This document shows positions 1 to 17,574 of a stretch of 64,000 nucleotides of DNA, in pieces. The stretch is from assembly GCF_009914755.1 (NCBI RefSeq), contig NC_060941.1; one strand, 5' to 3'. Under the pieces are notes generated by a model. It was given only the letters and a program-made list of their open reading frames with translations, was not told the DNA's origin and did not search any database. Source of the DNA: the human T2T-CHM13v2.0 reference genome, Homo sapiens. The first letter of the stretch is position 1; each line of letters starts with the position of its first letter. Made by a program: the position numbers and the translations under genes.

Positions 1-371
1 GTGGCCCTCTGACCCCCATGACCTACCTTTGGTGGTACACATGGTTCCCTCAAGACTGTCCCCTTCTTTCTAATAGGAAGGGTCCAGATTGGAGATAAAG
101 TTCAAGATCTCCCAAGGAGAATGGAAATGGAGCTTCCTCTGCCAGAGCAATGAGGAGAGAGTGTACAACTTTCCACATTCTACTTCCTCCCTTCTCTTCT
201 TTTTGCTTTCCTTTGTTCATTTTTTATTCATTAAATATTCACTGAGTGGCAATTGATAGCCTCCTTACTATGCAGCATTGCTATAAATTAAATATGTAAA
301 TCAAATATGTATAGTAAAAAAAGAAATCTAACAAAGCAACCTATAAGCTTGGTAAGAAATAAGTGGAGTGT

Positions 372-742
<371 letters not shown>

Positions 743-789
743 CTATCTTAGTGAGGTCACAGAAAATGCTTGATTAAACAACATGCTTT

Positions 790-910
790 TTAAGGCCCTT
801 TTTCATTATCTCATTTACCATTCCAATGGTCAGAGAGAACAGGACCAGAGGGGTTATGCCCATTATAAAGATGAATAAACTGTGTGGTTTGCAGTTAAGT
901 AACTTGCCTT
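790..910 (-). mobile_element. MIR fragment
   Basis: Antisense MIR core-like CCCATTATAAAGATGAATAAACTG...GTTAAGTAACTTGCC. Confidence 0.55.
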
Positions 911-1109
911 TTTGTAGCCAAATATGTAGTTCCTGGCAGAAAAAGAACTTTAGGACTTAGAGTAACTAACAGAGGACTGCAGCAGCTGTACCAGACTGGG
1001 TAAATATTGGTGCATCAAAGGATGTATATTTTTCTTCCTTTTTTCTTAATACTTTGGGTAGAGATAAAACTTAAAAGAGCATGCTAGTTGATCCATGTTC
1101 TAATATTGC

Positions 1110-1410
1110 CTGCTTTAGAAGCCAGGGAGATGGTAGCATGAGAAGGACTTGGCCCACCATTGTTGGCTTTGAAGATGGAGAAGGGGCCAGCAGCTAAGGA
1201 ACGCAGGCAGCCTCTAGAAGTTGAAAAGGCAAGGAAATGAATTCTTCCCAGGGAATCCAGAAAGAAACACAGCCCTGCCAATATCTTGATTTCAGCTCAC
1301 GGAGACCCATTTCAGTTCTGACTTCCAGAACTGTAAGATAATACATTCAGGTTGTTTTAGGCCATTAACTTTGTGTTCATCTGTTACAGCATCTATTTGA
1401 AACTAATATA
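1110..1410 (+). mobile_element. MaLR LTR 3' part, MLT1D-like
   Basis: GCCTCTAGAAGTTGAAAAGGCAAGGAAAT...CAGCCCTGCCAATATCTTGATTT...CCAGAACTGTAAGATAATA...AAACTAATA matches the MLT1 3' half. Confidence 0.85.
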
Positions 1411-2239
1411 GAAGGATAAATTTCAGTCTGGATAACCCTGGCTGAATTCCCACTGGTCACCCACAAGCATATGTATGGATAATTGCCTGTACACATGAGT
1501 TACAAAACAAGATGGCTATGAGGGCTTTGAGAATTTCCCAGTCTAGCTAATTCTCTGAAGCCACTTACAGGATATTCCTATGCCAGGGACAATCAGCATT
1601 AGTGAATCTGTCTCCTCGCTGCCTCCTCACTGCCTGCCTCCATTGTTTTTAACAGTGGTTTGCCACTGAGGTCAACACCAGGTTCAGGGGCCCGGCTGTA
1701 GAGCACATAGACAGGGTAACAGCTGTGCTGCACAAGACACCTCATGGCTCGCATTTGTTGGCAAAATGCAGCTTCAACAAGTCACAACCTGTAAAAGAAA
1801 CCACAAAGCCCAGAGCTCTTCGAGAAAGTCAGGACCATGGACATCAAACAGCAAGTTTGACTGCACCTCCATGAACTCCTGATGTCAAGACATCTTCTCC
1901 CCCTACCTGTGGACAGAGGACAGGTAGTCATCCTGATATGATGCTAACTTTGGCAGTCAATAGAGGCTGAAGGTGATCATGACCCCATCTGTGAAACTCA
2001 TAGGAAACCCTCAGCAGAGGTGGTCATAAGGTTATACAAACTCCAGGCTCTTTGCCTGGAAAGCCATACAAGCACCTGTAAGTCAGAATTATGGAAAGGT
2101 ACTTGGTGCTTGGCAGGTAAACTATAAGCAGGAAGATGCTTTCTTGCTTAATTTTTCCCCTTAAGAAAATATTCAATTTTATAACATAATCATACTGATG
2201 AGCATATAAGGGAGTGGTCCTTGTTCTCAGCATAACTTA

Positions 2240-2440
2240 AGAGTTCAAAGCCCTGTGGTCCATTTCCCTTCTCTACCTCTCCCTGGTTGTGGGACTCCTT
2301 AGCCTTCTTGAGCCCCATCTGGCTCCTTTGCAAAGAGGAGATAATACTAGTACATTCATTGTGTGGCTTGGAAGATGTAATGAGAAAATGACTGAAAAGT
2401 GACTAGCACATTACAGACAATCAATAAATACTAACTTCCT
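2240..2440 (+). mobile_element. MIR fragment
   Basis: Degenerate MIR core and 3' end (TTTGCAAAGAGGAGATAATACTAGTAC...CTAGCACA...CAATAAATACTA). Confidence 0.6.
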
Positions 2441-2604
2441 TGTTTCATTCCTTCTCTTCTATATAAAATTAAGGTATATTACCCATATTGGTCCTGATCC
2501 TTCACTGGGATGAAGGATCTAGCCCTCTGCCTTTAAAAGGGACCCTAAATAGTTCCCAAAATGGCAGGAACTATTATGTTTTAAAAATAGGTTTATTTTT
2601 TACA

Positions 2605-3410
<806 letters not shown>

Positions 3411-4159
3411 TAGGAGGCTCTTGATTGAAGATATGTGTTTACTAAAAAGTTGTTAAGTCTTCAGGAATTCAAATTCTCACATCCAATGTCATGCTATAAA
3501 AAGATTCATTCACCAAGTCCCCATGACACATTCCTTCTCTCCACACTTATAGGAACAGAAGGATGCCATGATGGTTTAATCAGGGAAGCATGTCCCAAAG
3601 ACAGTTGCCTGTAGGCTCCTGGGTCTCAAATTTGACCCAAGGCTGGGATGATGGAATGCCATTCCCATCTGGTAACTGGTTTCTTGGCTTGGGAGACAGA
3701 AACCCAGATCTCTGGGCCAGGTTCTCAGCAGGCCTTCCCTTCTGTTGTTTTCCCTTGTCCCCTAAACCTTGTCACTGGAAGTAGAGATGACTCTTTGGTG
3801 CCTATGTCCCTAGAACAGGAACTTCATTCTTTCTAATGAGGTATTCTCTGAATTCTCCCACAACCACCAGAGGTAGGAAAAAGAGAGGGGAGACAGAGGA
3901 CTTAGTGTTGTAAGCTCTTTAGGGTCACTGCCATGAGCTTGGTTCAGGGTCTGGTTCTGTTCAACCATCTGCAGCACTTTCTCTAGGCCTTGGTTTCTCC
4001 TCTGTAAAATGGCATGGGCACTAACCTGAAATTAGACGAGAGGAATTTATTTCACTATTTCCCTATTATTTCACTGTTGTAAAATAGTTGATAGTTCTTG
4101 ATACCTTACTACTATTTGCCAAAGATCTTCTTCCTAAAAATTTGCACATGTCAACATGT

Positions 4160-4290
4160 TGAATCTACATAACACTCCTATGACTGGGTGAATTTTTAAT
4201 TCCCATTTTACAAAATGAGGTAAGTGAGGCTTAGCAAGGTTTGGTAACTTATACAGTCACCTTAGCTAATAAGAGGTGAATCTAGAGGTA
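4160..4290 (-). mobile_element. MIR fragment
   Basis: ATTCCCATTTTACAAAATGAGGTAAGTGAGGCTTAG...GTAACTT, antisense MIR core. Confidence 0.7.
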
Positions 4291-4309
4291 TCATTTCAGA
4301 GAATATTCT

Positions 4310-6471
<2,162 letters not shown>

Positions 6472-7511
6472 CATCATTTCTAACATTACAACTTCTGCTT
6501 CTTTGCAGTTATTCTATTTCTCTTCAAACTCCTTTTTATTCTTTATTGACTTTGTTCTACTCAGAGGAATTAAGAATGATTGGACTCTATGAAACCAAAA
6601 GTAAAATCCAAGAAGAGGAAAGAACAGGTTAAAATGAAAAGACTGACAAAGTTTTTTTTTCTTTTTTGAATTATATTCCTTTCTATAGAAAGTAATTTCC
6701 AGAAGTATACTTTTTCTTTCAGTTTTCAAGGTAAAGTAGTTTGCTTAGTGTAGACTTTTTTCTCCCATAAGTATGCTGACTTTTTTTCTCTTTCTCTTGG
6801 AAGGAAGAGACTTTTATGTCTCTCAGGAGTGTTTGCAAGTGGCTTCTGCCTTTGGATTTCCCTTAGTTGCTCTCACCATTCACCTACAGACTGACTGAAA
6901 CTGCATCTTAACTGGAGGGTAAGTTGAAAACGTAAATGAACCCATAAATCAATGAATTATAGAGGGACAGGTTAATGAACACATTCCCCAACTCCTTCTC
7001 CAGAAACACGATGAAGATTCCTGCCAAGATGTTCATGGACTTCCAGGTCTAACACTACTGTATGCTGTGATCTACAGATGGTGACATTTGTGAAGTGCTC
7101 CTCTGAGATGTCAGAGATATACCCCATACGACTCTGCAGCAGGACTGCACAGAGCCATGGGAACCTGCCAGGGGTGTAGGAGGCAGAGCTACTCTTCCCC
7201 ACAGATCTCATTTCCAGGCACAGAAGATGCAAGCAGCGACTCAGCCTGTGACTCAGTGATTCCTACCTGTGTGGGTGCTGATTACATGAATCCCAAAGGT
7301 TAAACACGGGCCACAGGGCACTGAGTATTGGTCTTGTGCAGCACAACAGCTAGGTGGGGGCCAGAAGGACCCTTGAAAGGAGGTACTATCTATGCCCCCT
7401 TGGGATCCAGCAGCAGGTGTGGTAACATTAAAATGGGATGGGAGAAAGTGAATTATGAAGCCCCACACAGCTATTTTGTATCTCTAGTCAGGTATGAAAG
7501 CATTTTTCTGA

Positions 7512-8135
7512 AGGGCAGTATCACGTAGTGGTTAAAAGCTCAAAGTCTGTCTCAGACGTAGGAATTTCTATTAGTCTGCCATTTTGGTTTGCCTCCTCAT
7601 GAAGGCGAGGGAGGAGTACCAGCTTACCAGCTTGCCATTGGGGCCATGCAGCTAGTTTCAGCCAATAAGCTGTGAGCAGAAGTGATCCGTGTCATTCCCA
7701 GAATATAACCGCTAGTGAGACTTCCCAGCACTGTCTTCCCTGCTATGGCATCCATGGGGCTATGTGCCCAGGTTGTGACGTTTCAAGATAGTAAGGCCTC
7801 CCTTATTCTGGGCCTTGGAGTAATTGTCTAGGTGTGTAACGTAAGTAACAATAAACTTGTTGCGTCGTGCCATATAATTTGAGGGTTGTAGGTGAGCTTT
7901 GAGGGTTATTGGTGGGTTTTGATTACTACAGTATAACCTAGTTTATTCTTACAAATACAATCTCTTCTTAACTGAGTGATCATGAGCAACTCTGAACTTC
8001 TGAGTATCGATTTCCTCATTTGTCAAAGGGAGAAAATTGCAGCACGCGCCTCATAAAATGGATAAAAAACATTTGCTTGTCAAGTGCCTAGGGACGTGTC
8101 CAGTATATAATGAGTGTCTTACAAATGTTACCTCT
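7512..8135 (+). mobile_element. MIR split by an MLT1 LTR
   Basis: MIR 5' end GGCAGTATCACGTAGTGGTTAAAAGC at 7513; MIR core and 3' end resume near 7960 (TTTCCTCATTTGTCAAAGGGAG...AAATGTTA). Confidence 0.7.
7554..7959 (+). mobile_element. Old MaLR solo LTR, MLT1J-like
   Basis: GCCAATAAGCTGTGAGCAGAAGTGA; AATAAACTTGTTG; ends ACAGTATAACCTAG...AATACA; possible 5-bp TSD GTCTC/ATCTC. Confidence 0.7.
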
Positions 8136-8911
8136 CAGCCAAATTTGATTGTCCAGGAGATAGAAAGCAAAAAGAGAACTCGTCTGTCAAATTATCTCAA
8201 CTCATGTCTAAAAAGAGAATCAAAAGTCTGAAAAAAGAATCAAAAGAAAGAGAGAGAGAGAAGACAGGAGAGAGAGAGGAGATGCCCTTTGAAAACATAT
8301 CTCATTTACAGAGCAGTTAATGGGATCCTCATCAAAACAACCAACACTTTATTGCCCAAATCACATATGCCAATGTGTTCAAAGCCCCATGAAATCTGAA
8401 CTACTTCAACTATTTTCAGATAAATATCTGCTGAGAAAAAAAAAAAAAAAAAGGCTTTAACTCCCCAGAACAACATTCTTCTGCGTCATTCCTCTCCCTC
8501 CTAAATATATCCCAAGATAGGCAGTGGCAGACCTCTGGGAAAACAGGAATGATTTCTAGAAGCTCTTCCTTAGGTTCTCACAGCAAGGAGGAAAGCAGGC
8601 TCAGGGTGTGGCATCCCTGCCTGCCTTCTCCACACACACATTCTCCTTGAGGTGTCTCAGCATAGCAGAGGTGTGGTTAAGGTGAGTATCACTCCACCCA
8701 TCAGACGTCTTCTTGGCCAAGCCTCATATGACCCAAAGTCTCATAAATAAAACTGTGCAGTAGCAGGAATGATGGGGATGTATTGACTGTCCTCTGTTGC
8801 CTTCCCCAATAGACTACTGGGTGTGTCAAGAACAATCTGCCCTCAACAAAATCATCTTTTTCTAAAAAATTCATTGAAAGTCTCCTATTCAAGTATCCCC
8901 TAGCCTAGGCA

Positions 8912-8992
8912 AGCTTGTTGAGTGAGGCATGACACCATCACAGCCCAGATGTGGTGGCAAAGGGCTGTGATGGTGTCAGGCCTCAAAAAGCT
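8912..8992. other. Near-perfect inverted repeat (hairpin/cruciform)
   Basis: TGACACCATCACAGCCC (8930-8946) pairs perfectly with GGGCTGTGATGGTGTCA (8962-8978); 15-nt loop; 23 of 24 bp over 8923-8985, extending further past a 4-nt bulge. Confidence 0.95.
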
Positions 8993-11900
8993 CAGGAAGG
9001 CCTCACACTGGGGCTGCAGGGTGCTTCCCAAGCATCACACTTGGGAGAGCCAGCTTCCCAATGGGTGCTGTTCTGGCTTGTCCTGACGGTAACCACACAG
9101 TGGAGTCACCAATATCCTAGGACAGTTTTGCAGTTCTTTGAAGCTAGTGTGGCATAGTTTAGCTCAGAATCTAAGCCCCTTCTCTGGTGAGGATAATATC
9201 ACAAAGACCAGGTTTTCCCAAACACCCATCCAGCTCCCTACTAAAAAAAAACGCATGAACCTTCCATTTACATCCATGTTGGGTTGCCAACATCCTCCTC
9301 TGAACCAACATCCAAGAAAGACGACTCACCTTAAGAATTAAAGACACAGCCTGCCTGGGAACCTGGACACAAAATTATTTACATCCATAGTGACAGCGTC
9401 CAAAGCCTGTGCTTAGGTCTTTCAAAGTGGCAGAGTCAAAGATGAAATGGTTGGATCCCAGGCAGAATTTTTTTCAACCTTACTTCAAAGGGAGCAACAT
9501 TTTTGTAGCCCCTCCGCAAAAATGGGATAAATGGTCCTATTGTCTTGACTCTATCAATATTGGTAGTGGAGGATAACATGAAGACCCTATTTCCTCCACT
9601 CTCCATCTGTACTTTGATTCTTGTAGATATGCATCCATCTACTTCCATCTGTTCTGTCAAGTGCAGAGAGAAGATGGTAACTTTTTCAAGAAGTCTAAAC
9701 CAAGTTAGAAAAATCTCATCACACAGGACCTAGAAGCCTCCAGTTGTGGAACTCTCCAGTCCACAAGCCCAATTCCAATAGCAAATTGAAGGGTCTGGAA
9801 ACAAAAAGAGGCGGGAAACTCACGCATTCTTGTATATTTTTTATGCTCTCTCTGCCTCTTAATTGTTTTTCATACAACATTCACGATTCATAAAATTCAT
9901 GAGTTCATACTAGATTCATACTACATTCATGTTGAGACCTCTAAAAGGACATCACTAAGCCTGGTTTCTATGTTATGGACTCAATACTTCATCAGTCTCA
10001 CAAGGAAGTCCAGAAACATCCTGGGAAAGTGGGAAGTGGAATGTGGAGTATCTCCTTTTGTTTCTCCTCACAATCCTAAATTTCTTCTCTTACCCGTAAT
10101 GAATCCAAGAAGCTATAAGATATAAAATAATAATTGATGGACTATAATTTCTTTTCTTAAAGTTCTATAGTTCTGGATTTTAATGATATTAAGATCATCT
10201 GAATCTAGTCCACAACATAGCAGTTAGTCATTTGACATTTCTCACTGACCCACCTCCCCAACCCCCAGCTGAGTAATATGGCTCAAAGATAAAAAGAACT
10301 GGTTCTTCCTTGTTAAGACTGTTTATCTAGGGTTAAATTTCTGAAATGGATTTCTATAATTCATGGAACTCATTTGCAAACCCCAAGTAACCAACATCCA
10401 CTGATCCAATGTTTCCTTTCCACAGGCTGCTTCTATCATTCAAGACAGTAAAAAAAATCAATGATATTTCTTTCCTGAACTTTCTTCCAATTGATTTTAC
10501 AGATGGGGCCCTCACTATGTACAATGCCATGTAATTCACAACTAAAAGAAGGCATTTCTATGTGGACAAACTTTTAGCTACATTGAATTCTATCAGATAA
10601 TGTACAAATTTCAGAGGATAAAAACAGTCTCTTTCTCGTAAAGGTCATTCCCACCCATTTTCAAGTCCTCGTATTACAAATAAACATTGAGCACATACTA
10701 TGCACAAAACAATTTTGGTCTGTGTATTTTTCCCATAATACTTTCATATTTCATTTATTTCTCTATGTCTTCTACTCCCCTAAAAAGCCATTATTCTGAA
10801 ATGAAACTTTTTTTTGTTTTTTAGAAGCAAGCTCAAGGCACGCTTTCTCACCTTCAAGCCCAGTCCATGTTCTTAAAGTTGCAGAGAGTTGTCTTTCAGG
10901 GTCCCCTTCAATGCCAACGCCCCCCCCTCCACCACCACCAATTTTCAAGGGACAATAAATCATCTATTTCCACACTGAAACTGAAACTGACAACTGCTGA
11001 GAGCGTCTGCCAAAGGGTGTGTCATAGCCAAAGGCAGTTAGAGTCCCTACCAGCATCCTGTTCTCAGACTTGGGGACCTGAGATACCACTGGAATTTGCC
11101 TAAATGCCAGAATCAATAACAGAGCTCCCAGTGGAAAGTTCAGGATGTCCCCCAGACCACTCCCTCAACCTGCTGAATACAACATGCTTCTTGCAGGAGG
11201 ATGCTGTGTTTATCAACCAGGGGACCCTAGAGACGCTGTACTTGTAACCAGTCAGAATCCACCACCCCTCATGGCAGAGTGCTTATGTATTATTTATCCC
11301 ACTTTTTAAGATGGGAGAATCTGTCTAGTCTATAATACTATTTGAAATCATCACCTTTGATAGGCATCCTCCTTTATTAAATGTGCTTATATGTTGACAT
11401 CCTGCTTTCTCTGTTTACATTTCCTTAACTTTCAGTCTTCAAGAGAATACATGAAAACCTAAAAGATCACCATCACAGACTTCAAGGCAAATTTTAAGAC
11501 AGGAAAGCTTGATTTAATTTGGTGTGTTACATCTATTAAATGGATGAGAAACATGTTCCTTAGATGGAATGAGTTGAAGAAAGAAATCAATCAGGATTGA
11601 TGAATAAACCAGATTGCCTTCCAGGTCTTTCCAAGTTACTGGAGCCACAGTGTGGCTTTGTTGTTTGGCTTAGAGGAAATTCCCACTACATCAGCAGAAA
11701 CACATTGAAAGATAACACTAAACAGAACTTTAAAAAAAAATCTGCAATTGAGTTTATTATCTCAAAATTCAAAGTATCTAATTAGGAAATTTTTTATAAT
11801 TGTGTGTACACGTACACACAAGAAAGGAAAGGGATATAGTGATACAAACAGATCATTAGTACTCCATAGAGGTGGGACATTGAACATAAATTAAAGAAGC

Positions 11901-12589
11901 CTTTACCAAAGTAAAGCAACTTGGCTGAAATTTTGCTGTAAGAGAGCTACATGGAATCAATGCTAAAGTCTCAGCAACAGCCTGCAAAAATTAAGGAAAA
12001 TAACCTGCTGAGATACACACCATGTGTTAAGACTACTGTCTGAAGCTATATAGTACACAGAAGCTAGCTTCTTTTTTTACCCATCTGATGCTACATTTGA
12101 CAGGCAATTTACAGTCTGAGTAAGGCATTAATTGTTTTATTAAAGTGGTAAAATAGAATTTAGAATATATGCACTACTTAACTTTCACACCAGATTATCA
12201 TGTAGGGTCTGGCCAGTCTGCGATGTGTACAGTAACACTCCATTTTTAACCTGCTTCTCTTCCTTACTTTTCATCAAACACAAATGCCTGCAGAGGATGT
12301 GTACTTCTTTTAAATGCATAGAGCAAACCAGGTATAAAAGAGAGATGCCCAGCTACTTATGTTGCAAGTAAAGATAGGCCATCTTGCATTGTCTTTTAAC
12401 ACTAAACAATGCCTGTCTTCACACTGTACGTATGAGGCAGCTAATTTGAGATTCTCTGCTTCTACACACTCATGCTATGAAAATGTATGCACACCCTCAG
12501 CTTTAACTGTCACTTGTATGCTGTTGGTTGACAACTCTCCAATCTATTTTTTCCAGTTCTTTTATTTCTGCAAAATTCTACAAGTTCAT

Positions 12590-13207
12590 CTGACTGTCTG
12601 GTAAACATCCCCACTTAGGTGTCTGACAAGCACCTCAAACTTACTATCTTTCATGCCAAACCGAAGACTGCTTCACAAGGGGAATTAGAACCCCATGGCA
12701 TATATATTAAGGGAGAGTCTGCAATTCAAGTAACATCCAAGCCCTAACCCTTTCCTGTCATATCCTACAAGATCCCTCCTTATCTTCTCTCACCCTCCCT
12801 CACACCCACTCTGCCCCAAGCACATGGGACCTTCATTACATTCACAAGTCTGGATCACTCCAACCAGGAAGACTTTGCATTTGCAGTTCACTTTCTAGAT
12901 GCTTCTCTAATATTTGCATATCTGTGCTCTGATAACCACACAAGTCTCAGCTCAAAGGAAGCTCTTCCAAGAGGATTTTCCTGTCCTGCAGGCTCCTCTT
13001 TCCCTGTCTCTCTCTATTGCTGTACCCTGATTTATCTTATTTATGTTATCTTCAACATCAAAAGCTCTTATTCCTTTTAAAAATGCTTTATTCCCCCCAA
13101 CGACAGCAGCAACTTTGCCCGCCTTAGTTAATATTACGCTGGAGCAGTGCTGGCACGTAGTGGGCCTTCACTAAATGTGTGTTGAACAGATGAATGAGTG
13201 AATGAAT
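12590..13207 (+). mobile_element. L2 3' region
   Basis: GACTTTGCATTTGCAGTTC...TCTCAGCTCAAA; canonical end CAGTGCTGGCACGTAGTGGGCCTTCACTAAATGTGTGTTGAA followed by (TGAA)n. Confidence 0.75.
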
Positions 13208-13229
13208 CCATGAATCATCATTCCCCTGT

Positions 13230-14377
<1,148 letters not shown>

Positions 14378-14783
14378 TTATAATCCTCTGGAATTTCTTG
14401 ATGATATATTGACTTCTAACTAGGAGCCATCATTCAAATCCTGAAAAGATCACAACTCCCATCAAAGCATCTATTTCAGGCTGGGCGAGTGTAGAGGGCT
14501 TCAGTAATCACTACAGAATGTGATAAAGAGAACCAAACCCAGGCTCTGCCGGCTCTGAGCTCTCCTCACTTTAATTATTCAGAATTTGTACATGCTTAGT
14601 CTTCTTATTACAGCATAGTCATCTGCTTTTAACTTTTTAATAATGAGAGAAGGCTTCTGCTTCAAGCTCTGATAGATAATTGGTATTGGAATTGCTCTCC
14701 TCTGTAAACAATGATAAAATTGAACAACACAAATAAGGCACCTGTTTCTAGGCACAGCAAACTAGACAGCCCTCTACTGAGAC

Positions 14784-15066
<283 letters not shown>

Positions 15067-15429
15067 TGAGATTCTTGAAATAAGGAAAATGGATAAAGTA
15101 AACCCCATGTTCACCTGGGCTCTCTGCCAGGGACAATTTCCCAACTGTGGCACATGGAAGTAGAACCCAAAGAGCATAGCAGTCCTGCTGAGCTGAGGAG
15201 GCCATGATCTGAGTTTAGGAATACTAATGAAAATGGAAATTTCAGGGCATTATTCTAGAAAAAGTGGAAGTGCATGGGTTGGGGAAAGTAAGGAGTGCTA
15301 TGAGAGGTCTGTGTGTGGTTCTCTACAAGACTAAGGGCTGTGCTGCAAATGTGCATGGTGAGACTCCATGAGGCTTTGGAGACAGACTACTTTGAGGTTG
15401 ACAATAAAAATCAAGACTTTAGAGATCAC

Positions 15430-15836
15430 TGCTATGGGTTTGAATATTTGATTCTCCAAATCTCATGTTGAAATTTGATCCCCAATGTTGTAAGTGGGGC
15501 CTAATGGGACGTCATGGGGCAGATCCCTCATGAATTTCTTGGTGCTGGCCTTCAGGTAATGAGTAGGTTCTCATTCAATTAGTTCTCATGAAAGCTGGTT
15601 GTTAAAGAGAATCAGGCACCTCCCTTCTCTCTTGCTTCCTTCTCTCTCCACATTATCTCTGCATACCCTGGCTCCCCTTTGCCTTCCACCACGAGTGGAA
15701 GCAGCTTCAAGTCCTCCAGGTGCAGATGCTGGCAGCATGTTTCTTGTACAGCCTGCAGAACTATGAGGCAAATAAACCTCTTTTACTTATGAATTAACAC
15801 GCTTCGTGTATTATTTTATAGCGATATAAAAATGGA
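15430..15836 (+). mobile_element. MaLR solo LTR, MSTB-like
   Basis: TGCTATGGGTTTGAAT...CTCATGTTGAAATTTGATCCCCAATGTTG...AATAAACCTCTTT...AAAATGGA; last few bases displaced by the adjacent L1. Confidence 0.88.
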
Positions 15837-17574
15837 GGGAAGGAACCCAAGATGGCTGAATAGATGCAGCTAGGAAGAGCATCTTTCACCAGGATACCAA
15901 ACCATCAAGAAGACAGGCACTCTCAGCAGATCTTCAGGAGGAAGGCACTGAGAGTGAACAGAAGGAGGATGTAGACTGAGGGCTGAAGTGGGAGGAAAGT
16001 AGGAGCCCTGCACAGGGCTGCTGATCATAAAGACTCATTCCTGGCCCCCAGCGACTCCTGGGGAAGGGGTGACTTTAGTAGGTGAGGACTGGCCCATTCT
16101 CACCATAGACCTCCAGAATCCTAGCTACAGGAGACCCCATGACCCTCATGGATATTTGATCTGACAGAGAGCAGCTTGGAGGAGTGGCAGGGACAGGACT
16201 CCAGCCTGTGCAGAGCCCAGAGGGTTTGGCATAGGAAAGACTGCAGTAGAGCATGGTCAAGGATGCCCATCCTCCAAAGCTTACAATGTACCTCTAGGTG
16301 GTTTTGACCCTTTTTGACTGTCAGACCTGGATAGAGCAGGGTTATTTTGCCCATTGGATGGAACCAGTGTGATCTGAGTGTCCCCATCTGCCAGCCTTTC
16401 CTAGAGTTCCTGCTTGGCCATGCCCATTTGCAGCACAGCCTCGGATGCCTAACTGAGGTTCTTCCCAGTGGCCACCACCACAGCTCCTGTCCCAGCACAC
16501 ACCACCTAACAATCAGAGAGCTTCAGCAGGGCAGTCTTCACTGACAAGCACCCCCCTGCAGCCTCTTCCCACTGTTTGGCAGGTGCACAATCACCAGCAG
16601 TCTCTCCCAACTGCTTGGCCGGCATGCACTAACCTGCAGCCTCCTCTCACTGCTTGGCCAGCATGCATTCACGTGCAGCCTCCCCGCACTGCTTTGCCAG
16701 CATATACGTAGACATCACAGCCCTCGCACCACCGGCATGAGTGCACATGTGTGGGCCCCAGTGCCCCACTGACACTGGTGGGAGTGTGCATGTGCAGACC
16801 CTGCCACCCCACCACCACTGGTGCAAGTGTGCATAGCCCGCTGCCCCACCACCATCTGCAAGTGCACAATCCTGGCTGTACCACCTCCACTATGCACATG
16901 CATGGGAACCACCACATAGCTGCCAGCGGCATGACAGCAGGCATGCTGACACTGCTGCCAGCAGACTGGGAACACCTTGGCCCCTTCAGCACAGCAGGTG
17001 ATTTACCTCGGGAGGAACAGAGAACAAAGCTGTGGGCCTGGTAATAGTGTTAGAGCACACAGCCTGGAAGGCAGAGTTGAGCACTGGGCCCCAATAACAT
17101 CCAGAAATGAAAACAGTCAACTGAACTCAACTTTTACCACAGTTAAACCCTCGAAGCTACCAAAGAATATAAAAGCAAAATATCCTATCCAGAGGACAGC
17201 AACTTCAAAGATTAAAAGAATATCACCCCACAGAGACGAGAATGAACCAGTGTAAAACCTCTGGCAACTCAAAAAGCCAGAGTGTCTTACCTCCAGATGA
17301 CTGTACTAGCACCCTAGCAATGGCTCTTAACCAGGATGAAATGGCTGAAATGACACAGAATTCAGAATCTGAATAGCAACAAAAATGACTGAGATTCAGA
17401 AGAAAGTTGAAACCAATCCAAGAAATCTAAGGAACCAAATAAAATGATACAAGAGCTGAAAGACAGTAATTTTAAGGAAGAAATAAAGTAATCTGATACA
17501 GCTGAAAAACTCACTACACAATTTTCATAATCCAATCAGAAGTATTAACAGCAAAGACCAAGCTGAAGAAAAAA
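15837..17574 (+). mobile_element. L1 5'UTR plus start of ORF1 (L1PA15/16-like), decayed, no 3' end
   Basis: Starts GGGAAGGAACCCAAGATGGCTGAATAG (L1 5' YY1 motif); GC-rich 5'UTR array; ORF1-like AACCTCTGGCAACTCAAAAAGCCAGAGTGTC...GAAATGGCTGAAATGACA...GACCAAGCTGAAGAA. Confidence 0.85.
16558..16713 (+). repeat. 39-bp tandem array, 4 copies, inside L1 5'UTR
   Basis: GCAG-initiated units start at 16558, 16597, 16636 and 16675 (GCAGCCTC..CACTGCTTGGCCAGCATGCA..); looser units continue to about 16960. Confidence 0.85.

Noticed and set aside
16558-16713. Regularly spaced repeats superficially like a CRISPR array
   Set aside because: Units are contiguous and degenerate with no unique spacers, lie within an L1 5'UTR, and the DNA is primate.
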